DNA from: Allorhizocola sp.
GTDB lineage: Bacteria > Actinomycetota > Actinomycetes > Mycobacteriales > Micromonosporaceae
Reading direction: 5' to 3'
Length of the DNA stretch: 23,565 nucleotides
NCBI GenBank assembly: GCA_044869915.1
Contig: JBIOYB010000457.1
Location: 1 to 23,565 of the forward strand
The first letter of the stretch is position 1; the number at the start of each line of letters is the position of its first letter. Of the stretch, positions 16,718-23,168 are shown in pieces. A program made the translations under genes and the position numbers. The notes beneath the pieces are model-generated. The model ran no database searches. It was not told where the DNA came from and saw only the letters and a list, made by a program, of their open reading frames with translations.

Positions 16718-17143
16718 ATGTCTGACGGGGACCAAGCCTCACCGACCCAGCCGGTCCGCAAGCCCAGGCGGCCACTCCTCATTGGACTCGCCATCGTCCT
16801 GGCGGTCGCCGTCGCGGGCGGGACCGGGTGGTGGCTGGGCCGGCACCATGAGGCGAAGGCGCGCACCGAGGCCACGGAGGCGGCCCGGGACAAGTGTCGC
16901 GCGTCGGTCCTGCGCGAGGTCGCCGGGAGGACCGGCCTGGCCAACCTCGGCCACAACGACCTTACATATGTCGACAGCTCCGGTCTCGGCGTCGATGAGA
17001 ACGGTTTCCCTGCGGCCTGGGTCGATGGGGAGGTCGATGCTGCCGATGCGGCCGGCAAGAAGGTCACCTATCGATACGGGTGCAGCGTCAGCGGATACAG
17101 CTCAGATTCTCGCTCCTGGGGCAGCATGACCGTGTCTATGTAG
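16718..17143 (+). CDS. Hypothetical single-pass membrane protein, 141 aa
   Basis: ATG 16718: MSDGDQASPTQPVRKPRRPLLIGLAIVLAVAVAGGTGWWLGRHH... The upstream 99 codons of the ORF track translate the tandem repeat (W/G/R-rich) and are rejected. No clear SD. Confidence 0.45.
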   Translation: MSDGDQASPTQPVRKPRRPLLIGLAIVLAVAVAGGTGWWLGRHHEAKARTEATEAARDKCRASVLREVAGRTGLANLGHNDLTYVDSSGLGVDENGFPAAWVDGEVDAADAAGKKVTYRYGCSVSGYSSDSRSWGSMTVSM

Positions 17144-17391
17144 AAGCTCGCGGCTCTGCGAGTGTCCGCAATAGACGCTCGAGCCCGATATGTGCGGCTT
17201 TGGGTGCCCTGCCGGTGGGGTGCAGGTGGGATGCAGGTGGTGTTCAACAATTGGTTCGGGTGTGTGGGACAACAACGGTGGGCGCAACTACGCCGTTGAG
17301 ACCGGTATCGTCCGCGTTTCCGGCGGTGTCGTGGGCCCCGGAGACCCGTGCGCGGTCGTCCCGTCGCCATCACCCTTCCGTCGCTATCACC

Positions 17392-17428
17392 GTCTCGGTC
17401 TCGGTTTCCGTTTCCGTTTCCGTTTCGG
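17392..17428. repeat. Microsatellite (GTCTCG)2(GTTTCC)4
   Basis: gtctcggtctcg gtttccgtttccgtttccgtttcgg lies immediately 3' of the photolyase stop codon. Confidence 0.6.
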
Positions 17429-17447
17429 GCAAGGGCAACATGCGCGC

Positions 17448-18653
17448 CTATGTGCTGTCGCCGCCCGGCAATCCCGCGCCCGGCAAGGTGGGCGCCGACG
17501 GCCCGTATCTACGCTGGTATCCACCGTCAGGATCGAAGCGCTGCGCCTGCCGTTGCGGGTTGAACCGCCTGTAGGGCTTGGTGTCGTTGCCGGTCCCGGC
17601 GACCCACTGCCAGTTGCCATAGTTGTTTGCCACGTCCGCGTCGACCAGGTGCCGCATGAACCATTGCGCGCCCGCGCGCCAGTCCAGTCCGAGGGTCTTG
17701 GTCAGATAGGACGCGGTGATCAGCCGGGCGCGGTTGTGCATCCAGCCCTCGGCGAGCAGTTGGCGCATGCCTGCGTCCACAATGGAGATACCGGTCTCAC
17801 CGGCCTGCCACGCCTGCAGCGCCTCGTCATCGTCGCGCCACTGCTCGACCGCGCCGGGCCGGTAGGCGACCGTGCCCAGTCGGGGAAACGCGGCCAGCAC
17901 CTGATGATAGAAATCGCGCCAGCACAGCTGCCGTAGAAACGCCTCGGGCATGCCGGACGTGGCGAGCAGCAGCGGCGAGAGGCAGCCGAAGTGCAGATAT
18001 GGGCTCAGTCGCGAGGTACGGTCGCCGGACAGGTCGTCGTGTCCTTCGGCGTAGCCGTCGCAACGGGCGCGCCACGCGTCGAGCCGTTGCAGCGCCTCGG
18101 TTTCCCCGCCCAGCCCGGCTGTGGCCTTGATGGGCTGCCCGCGCAGGACTTCGGGCGTCGCGACGACCGCGGGCGCCGGCAAGCACGCACGCCAGCGCAC
18201 GGACTGCCAGGCGCGCCAATACGGTGTGAAGACCCGATAATGGTCGCTGCCCGTGGTGGGTTTTATCTCTTTTGCCGGTACCACGGTGACGCCCGGCGTC
18301 GCGATGACCCGCAGCCCCGCCCGCTCGAGCCGCCGCTGCCGCGCCCGCGCATAGCCGCTGACGTCGGCGCTGAGCGCGACCTCGACCGCGCCGAACTCCC
18401 GCGCGGCCCGGACCGTCTCGGCCACCGGATCGCCCCGCCGCACCAACAGATCACCGCCGCGGGCGCGCAGCGACTCCCGCAGATCGGCCAGGCACCGCTG
18501 CAGAAACCGGTCTCGCACGGGCGAGCTGTGCAGCGCCGGATCGCGTACGAACAGCGGCACGACCCGCTCGGCAGTGCGGCAGGCGAGCTCGAGAGCCGGG
18601 TTGTCGTGCACGCGAAGGTCCCGGGTGAACAGCACCACAACCGTTCGCTGCAT
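17448..18653 (-). CDS. phr: Deoxyribodipyrimidine (CPD) photolyase, FAD-binding, 401 aa, with a short C-terminus
   Basis: MQRTVVVLFTRDLRVHDNPAL... carries the class I photolyase N-terminus. ...LITASYLTKTLGLDWRAGAQWFMRHLVDADVANNYGNWQWVAGTGNDTKPYRRFNPQRQAQRFDPDGGY is the conserved FAD-binding segment. The protein ends about 40 aa before canonical photolyases. Confidence 0.85.
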   Translation of the reverse strand: MQRTVVVLFTRDLRVHDNPALELACRTAERVVPLFVRDPALHSSPVRDRFLQRCLADLRESLRARGGDLLVRRGDPVAETVRAAREFGAVEVALSADVSGYARARQRRLERAGLRVIATPGVTVVPAKEIKPTTGSDHYRVFTPYWRAWQSVRWRACLPAPAVVATPEVLRGQPIKATAGLGGETEALQRLDAWRARCDGYAEGHDDLSGDRTSRLSPYLHFGCLSPLLLATSGMPEAFLRQLCWRDFYHQVLAAFPRLGTVAYRPGAVEQWRDDDEALQAWQAGETGISIVDAGMRQLLAEGWMHNRARLITASYLTKTLGLDWRAGAQWFMRHLVDADVANNYGNWQWVAGTGNDTKPYRRFNPQRQAQRFDPDGGYQRRYGPSAPTLPGAGLPGGDST

Positions 18654-18679
18654 CGACCTACTTTACCAGCTTGATCCGT

Positions 18680-19459
18680 TTAGGGGGCTGGATCCAGCCG
18701 TGCATACCACTGGACGTCGCGCACGAAGATGCGCTTGCCGAGGTCGTTGTTCCACTGCGCGTCGAGCCCGCGCGCGGCGAGCCGGGGCAAGACCTCGGCG
18801 TTGACGAACTCGCGAACAGCGCTCGTGTAGAACGCCTGTTTCTCCTGCTGCGACAGCCGCTCGTAGGCCTGTTCGTCGAAGTCCTCGGGCACGAAGACGC
18901 CGTATGACAGGTACACGTTTCCGCTGTCGGCGAGCGACTCCGTGTCCTGCTGGTGGAAGAAAACGTATCCGTTCCAGTGGCGCGAGTCGTCCCGCTCGTC
19001 GTCAATCTCGGCCGCGCCACACGTGCCACAGCACGTGAAGTCCTTCCGGGCCACGATGCCCGCGGCGTTGAGGTCGTCGAACGCCAGGTCGATGTTGGTG
19101 CGCACCTCGCCGTCGGCCCACTGCGCCTGCTGCCGGACGCGGGCGTCCCGGGCGACCTCGAAAATCTCGATCAGCTGCTCACGGGTCAGTGGCCAGTCAT
19201 CGTAGTGGATGTCGGCGAACGTGCCCGGGTCGTCGCGCCCGGCCACCAGGTAGCCCCAGATGCGTTCGGCGATCTGGTCAGTCTGCTCGGCGGTCAACCC
19301 GAGGTCGGGCAGCGCGAACCCGGCAGGCTTCTCGTTGTATGGCCACGGCGTCACGCCGACCATGCTATGGACCTTGGAGCCCACCGTGTGCGGCGGGCCC
19401 GAAAGCACCTCGTTTCTATCGGGCTGGCCTTCGACCGGGCTCGTGGCTGGTGGTGTCAT
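18680..19459 (-). CDS. Hypothetical acidic protein, 259 aa, with a Pro-rich N-terminus and a FTCCGTCGAAE cysteine motif
   Basis: ATG 19459 inside ORF 18680..19891(-). The upstream 144 codons are antisense to the ECF fragment and Arg-rich. No recognisable family. The start site is uncertain, and an internal ATG at 19363 is an alternative. Confidence 0.5.
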   Translation of the reverse strand: MTPPATSPVEGQPDRNEVLSGPPHTVGSKVHSMVGVTPWPYNEKPAGFALPDLGLTAEQTDQIAERIWGYLVAGRDDPGTFADIHYDDWPLTREQLIEIFEVARDARVRQQAQWADGEVRTNIDLAFDDLNAAGIVARKDFTCCGTCGAAEIDDERDDSRHWNGYVFFHQQDTESLADSGNVYLSYGVFVPEDFDEQAYERLSQQEKQAFYTSAVREFVNAEVLPRLAARGLDAQWNNDLGKRIFVRDVQWYARLDPAP

Positions 19460-19567
19460 CGGGGTCACAGTGACCGGTGTCGAATGCGGGGCGCGAACGG
19501 ATCGTGCGCGCGAAACGTGCGCTGGCGGTAGGCGTCGAGTTCGGACCGCCCGGGCACGACGAGCTCG

Positions 19568-19906
19568 GTGAGCGGCTGGCATCCGTACCAGAAACAAGTC
19601 TATTTGATTTTTAATAGGGGATATTCGGCGACAGCCGGCGAACATTGGACACGCCTGCGGCTTTGTGACGAGGCGGTGCGCCTCGGCCGGATACTGGTCG
19701 CGCTGATGCGCGAGCCGGAGGCGCATGGGCTGCTCGCGCTGATGCCGCGCGAGCCGGAGGCGCATGGGCTCCTCGCGCTTATGCAGCTGCAGGCCTCGCG
19801 GTTGCGTGGCCGAGAGAAGAGCAGGCAACCCGTGCTGCTGCGCGACCAGGACCGCGCGCTGTGGGACCGGTCTCTGATCCGCCGACCGCATCTGACCCAG
19901 ATCTAA
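19568..19906 (+). pseudogene. Internal fragment of an ECF sigma-70 family gene (DUF6596-type C-terminal region), truncated at both ends, with a 36/39-bp tandem duplication
   Basis: ...VYLIFNRGYSATAGEHWTRLRLCDEAVRLGRILVALMREPEAHGLLALM(PREPEAHGLLALM)QLQASRLRGREKSRQPVLLRDQDRALWDRSLI matches the conserved core of ECF sigma proteins. The N-terminal sigma2/sigma4 domains and the C-terminal ~120 aa are absent, and unrelated genes abut both ends. The 5' junction, around 19598-19630, uses AT-rich codons (aaa caa gtc tat ttg att ttt aat agg gga tat). Confidence 0.45.
19701..19775. repeat. Direct tandem duplication (36 bp + 39 bp) inside the ECF fragment
   Basis: gcgctgatgcgcgagccggaggcgcatgggctgctc / gcgctgatgccgcgcgagccggaggcgcatgggctcctc. 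Confidence 0.6.
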
Positions 19907-22059
19907 ATGTCACTGTGCTCGCGTGGCCTAGTTTGCTTGATGGTGAGGGCGCCGGAGGTGAGACCGTCCACAATGTCCTTGGCCAGATCGTTGCCCTGCT
20001 TGGTGATGTGGGCGAGCGTGGTCTGAAACTGCGCCAGTCTCCGGAAGGCGTCGCCGTAGGCACGCTGTTCTTCTATCGGGAGCACGGGCACGGCGAGCCG
20101 GCGGACGTCGATGCGGATGACACCTGAGGTGGTAGTGGCCGCCCGGCCCGCGATGCGGGTGTTGTCGGCCCTGGACAACACACCCGTGAGAAACCACGGA
20201 TCGATCACGTCAGGATCTGCCCGGATGGCGTGGACGCCCAGGCCGAGCTCGGCGCCGATCTGGTCGGGTGTCGCGACGCGGGCGACCACCTCGCGCGCGA
20301 CGATCGGTACCAACACATCTCCGGCCGCCACACAGGTTTCCGGATCGCGATCGGCGGCCAGGGTCATCATGCCGGTGGGCGGCCCGCCGGCAAGCACGTC
20401 AGACCCGGTGAGCACGGTTACCTCGACCGCCCGTGCGCCCACTGCGGTCGTGCCGCGCGCACGATTGACAGCCCGGTGGATGGACAGGCTGCCCGATCGG
20501 AGCAGGTCGGCGATGTCGGCCATCGCCGCCCGGCTCACTGAGACCGAAACCACCTCGGAAACGGCAGGCAGCCCGGCGCGCGCCTCGTCGAGCAGCCCGC
20601 CGAAAGTCTTTATCCGCTCACGGGTTTGGCGATGGTCCAGTCCTTGACGACCGGTGAGTGGAAGATGACGCCGGGGTGTCAGATCCACTTCATTGTCGAG
20701 TACGTCCACGGCAGGCACGATGCGGAAGACGCCCGCCTCGCCGGGGTGGGTCCCCCTTGCCTGGTAGGCCTTCCAAGCCCGCGTGACTATCTCGCGCACC
20801 GCCCTGGCGCTCGCCGACCGTGATGCCGCCGATCCTTGCGCCCCGGCCGCCATCGTACTGTCCACAAACAACAGTCGAGGCGAAGTCGATGGGCCCGCAG
20901 GCGAGTTGGTGAACACCCACAGATGCAGACCGATGGCTGCGGGCAGGAGCATGCCGGGCGGGAGAGCGATGACGGCTTGCAGCGCACCGCGGCGCACCAG
21001 CTCGGTCCGGATGCGCTTGCCGGCCGAGCGTGCCGCGGCGGCCGGCGGCATCAGCAGGACGGCCGTCTTGCCCGGCGCGAGATGGGCGAGCGCGTGCTGC
21101 ACCCAGGCCAGCTCGGGCTCGGTGCGCGGCGGCACCCCGAATGTCCATCTTGGATCGTAGGAAAGCCGCTCGTGGCCCCAATCGTGGATGCCGAAGGGCG
21201 GGTTCGCGACCACCACATCGGCGGTCAGGTCGGCGAAGCGATCGTCGAGCAGGCTGTCCCCGACGCTCACCACGGGTGGGGCGGCAGGCAGTCCGGCGGC
21301 GACGGCACGATCGTGGATAAACCACAACCGCAGCAGGGTGGTGAGCGCGTGTTGCGGCTTCACCTCCTGCGCCAAGCAGTTGATCGTCCGGCCACGACTC
21401 AGTGCCTGCTCTGCGGCGACCCGGAGGATGCTTCCTGTTCCGCATGTGAAATCAAAAATCTCTTCTCCGGTACCGGCTAGAGCCAGCATGATTTCGGCGA
21501 CAGCTTCAGGTGTCGCGTCCGGGCCGGTCAAGGAGCGCGCGGAGCCGGCGTATTGGCCGTGCAGGTATTCGAAGGCAGCGTCGGGATCGGACTCGCGCGC
21601 GGCGAGGGCCGCCAGGTGGAGCATGGACTCGTGCTGGGCGGACCATTGGTCGGGCAGCAGGGCGCCGACGAGCTGGGCCAGGTGTTTGTCCCGTGCGCGT
21701 AGCCGAGTGACGAGCTGTTTCGGCGTGGGCAGGCCGGGTTTGGCCTGCCACGATTGGGCGAGTAGGTAGGCGCCCGTGATGCACAGCGCCTCGCCGATCC
21801 GGGCGGCCGGGCTGAAACCCTCGACGAGGCGCCAGAGCTTTTCCGCGGTCGAAGCGGCCTGCAGTTTGCCCTGCCGCTGCAACCATTGCTCGACCGACGC
21901 GGCGTCAAAGACCGGGCTCGCCGTGGTGCCGCCGGTCGGGAGAGGAAAATCGGCGTAACGCCGGCGCCAATTGCTCACAGCCGCCCGGCCGACGCCGGCC
22001 ATCTTGGCGATCCCGCTGGCCGTCACCGTCGCCTGTCTCGTCGTCTCGTCGGCATCCAC
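19903..22059 (-). CDS. Single-polypeptide N6-adenine DNA methyltransferase: N-terminal HTH (excisionase/MerR-like), gamma-class MTase core, C-terminal HsdS-like target recognition domain (M.S fusion), 718 aa
   Basis: HTH: TASGIAKMAGVGRAAVSNWRRRYADFPLP. Motif I: EIFDFTCGTGSIL. Motif IV: VVVANPPFGIHDW. The C-terminal TRD carries the conserved HsdS signature VPVLPIEEQRAYGDAFRRLAQFQ. GTG start at 22059 with a weak SD. No endonuclease gene is in view. Confidence 0.8.
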   Translation of the reverse strand: MDADETTRQATVTASGIAKMAGVGRAAVSNWRRRYADFPLPTGGTTASPVFDAASVEQWLQRQGKLQAASTAEKLWRLVEGFSPAARIGEALCITGAYLLAQSWQAKPGLPTPKQLVTRLRARDKHLAQLVGALLPDQWSAQHESMLHLAALAARESDPDAAFEYLHGQYAGSARSLTGPDATPEAVAEIMLALAGTGEEIFDFTCGTGSILRVAAEQALSRGRTINCLAQEVKPQHALTTLLRLWFIHDRAVAAGLPAAPPVVSVGDSLLDDRFADLTADVVVANPPFGIHDWGHERLSYDPRWTFGVPPRTEPELAWVQHALAHLAPGKTAVLLMPPAAAARSAGKRIRTELVRRGALQAVIALPPGMLLPAAIGLHLWVFTNSPAGPSTSPRLLFVDSTMAAGAQGSAASRSASARAVREIVTRAWKAYQARGTHPGEAGVFRIVPAVDVLDNEVDLTPRRHLPLTGRQGLDHRQTRERIKTFGGLLDEARAGLPAVSEVVSVSVSRAAMADIADLLRSGSLSIHRAVNRARGTTAVGARAVEVTVLTGSDVLAGGPPTGMMTLAADRDPETCVAAGDVLVPIVAREVVARVATPDQIGAELGLGVHAIRADPDVIDPWFLTGVLSRADNTRIAGRAATTTSGVIRIDVRRLAVPVLPIEEQRAYGDAFRRLAQFQTTLAHITKQGNDLAKDIVDGLTSGALTIKQTRPREHSDI

Positions 22060-22071
22060 GCGTGAACGATA

Positions 22072-22086
22072 TCAGAGAAAATCTCT
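22072..22086. promoter_or_regulatory. Inverted repeat CAGAG-aaaat-CTCTG, candidate operator immediately upstream of the MTase start and abutting a -35 box
   Basis: The palindrome lies 13 bp from the MTase GTG. A related perfect palindrome, TCTCT-c-AGAGA, recurs at about 22185-22195. Confidence 0.35.
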
Positions 22087-22087
22087 G

Positions 22088-22115
22088 TTGACACGATTCA
22101 CAAACGTTTTACCCT
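22088..22115 (+). promoter_or_regulatory. Sigma70/HrdB-like promoter candidate TTGACA-N16-TACCCT directing rightward transcription
   Basis: The exact -35 hexamer TTGACA (22088-22093) is followed by a 16-bp spacer and TACCCT (22110-22115), in the divergent region between the MTase and the 199-aa ORF. Confidence 0.35.
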
Positions 22116-22279
22116 TGTCGCATGGCACGACGAGGACACAGCACCACGATCGGCAAGTTCGCCAAGCTCCACCACAATCGCCGTCTCTCAGAGATCCGCA
22201 TCCTGGGCGAGCTGCTGCGAAGCGAGCAGCAGCAGCGCCCGGCGGGGCGGCACGACCCTAAGGAGGACCATGACAACGC

Positions 22280-22879
22280 TTGTTCGCACCGATCCCGCAC
22301 CTTGTCGCCTGCGTGGACAGGTTCGCCAAAGCCGGCAACACCGCCGGACCGCGCCCGGACTTCCGGCGAGTGCGCCTTGACCGCGCCGTCGGCCGGCGCA
22401 TTTCGGATGCCTATGTCGCGGCCCCGAGCTGGGATGAGCGGGCACTTCCCGCCTACGATGCTTTTCGGCGTGAGACCATCGAGCAGTTCGACCTCCTCCT
22501 GCGCGGCGGTGTAACCGTCGAGGTTGTCGACTACGACCCCTACCCCGACGATCTGCGGATGGCCCAGGATCTGTCGCAACATCGCCTGCGCGTTTTCTCG
22601 ACCCAGGCATGCCGCAATCCACACCCCTTCCTCACCGACGAGGAAAACGACATGTTCCGTGCTGTGCATGACGCTTTCGGCCACGGTGCTAGCGGATGCG
22701 GGTTCGATGTGGACGGTGAAGAGGGCGCCTGGCTCAGGCACTCCTATGTATATTCGCGGCTCGCCCGGCCGGCCCTGGCGACCGAAACGCGGGGGCAAAA
22801 CTGCGCGTTCAACTTCCACCACCGCGGTGAACGGTTCCCGGACCAGAAGCTCGCTCTGCTACCCGAAGCCTTCAGCTAA
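22280..22879 (+). CDS. Hypothetical protein, 199 aa, leader-proximal neighbour of the CRISPR array; start site unresolved
   Basis: Long protein-like ORF (…DERALPAYDAFRRETIEQFDLLLRGGVTVEVVDYDPYPDDL…FRAVHDAFGHGASGCGFDVDGEEGAWLRH…), followed by a hairpin terminator. The only in-frame start is TTG 22280. A strong AAGGAGG + ATG at 22270 is in the +1 frame and stops after 36 codons. The antisense ORF 22109..22822 was rejected. Confidence 0.5.
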   Translation: MFAPIPHLVACVDRFAKAGNTAGPRPDFRRVRLDRAVGRRISDAYVAAPSWDERALPAYDAFRRETIEQFDLLLRGGVTVEVVDYDPYPDDLRMAQDLSQHRLRVFSTQACRNPHPFLTDEENDMFRAVHDAFGHGASGCGFDVDGEEGAWLRHSYVYSRLARPALATETRGQNCAFNFHHRGERFPDQKLALLPEAFS

Positions 22880-22906
22880 CCGGCAACGCACCTTCACCGA
22901 GTAGCC

Positions 22907-22931
22907 AGCGGCGTCCACAACGGACGCCGCT
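22907..22931 (+). terminator. Intrinsic terminator hairpin downstream of the 199-aa ORF
   Basis: AGCGGCGTCC-acaac-GGACGCCGCT, a 10-bp perfect stem, followed by ccgTTaTcgTT. Confidence 0.55.
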
Positions 22932-23039
22932 ACAACCCGTTATCGTTCAGCGCTTATTCCACGCGACGCCTGCCCGAAGCGGCCCGCAACCATACGACCT
23001 TTGGACCGTGGCGGTGGCGGGGCGGCGTGCGTCGTAGGG

Positions 23040-23168
23040 TTCGCCGGAGGATGGTCGGCATGCGCTGTGACACTGGATTGGATGAACGTCGAAAAACTGG
23101 CCTGGCCATCGAGCACCATAGTGATTAAAATCCGTACAGTAGATCTTCACCATCCCAGGTGAATAAGT
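23040..23168 (+). promoter_or_regulatory. Putative CRISPR leader (relatively AT-rich stretch immediately 5' of the first repeat)
   Basis: gatgaacgtcgaaaaactgg...catagtgattaaaatccgtacagtagatcttcaccatcccaggtgaataagt is markedly AT-richer than the surrounding ~70% GC DNA and abuts repeat 1. Confidence 0.4.

Noticed and set aside
17190-17300. Possible tRNA or sRNA in the convergent gap (GGTTCGGGTG... stretch)
   Set aside because: No cloverleaf could be built. The T-loop-like GGTTCG lacks a matching acceptor stem and anticodon arm. Left as unexplained non-coding DNA.
17387-18640. ORFs 17387..17620(-), 17827..18219(-), 17991..18674(+), 18263..18640(-), 18005..18190(-)
   Set aside because: Alternate frames or antisense of the photolyase. 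The 17387 ORF translates the microsatellite into KRKRKRK.
18942-19571. ORFs 18953..19531(+), 19189..19473(+), 19260..19571(+), and the 144-codon extension of 18680..19891(-)
   Set aside because: Arg-rich or antisense translations. The extension is antisense to the ECF sigma remnant.
19779-21958. ORFs inside or antisense to the MTase gene (19779..20063-, 19861..20127+, 20111..20647+, 20690..21445-, 20836..21480+, 21188..21769+, 21506..21886-, etc.)
   Set aside because: Only the 19903..22059(-) frame carries the ordered MTase motifs I and IV plus the HsdS signature. The others are R/G/P-rich.
22109-22822. 237-aa antisense ORF 22109..22822(-) and 22122..22514(+), 22188..22622(-), 22524..22904(+)
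   Set aside because: The + strand 22280..22879 frame has the more protein-like, non-repetitive composition, an upstream SD and a downstream terminator. The antisense ORF would run into the MTase promoter region. The antisense ORF (22109..22822) remains possible, but the evidence for it is weaker.
22060-23168. Search for cas1/cas2/cas6e-like small ORFs adjacent to the leader
   Set aside because: No ORF in any frame shows Cas2 (about 95 aa, MxxLVVVxYDV...) or Cas1 features. The only gene here is the 199-aa unknown.
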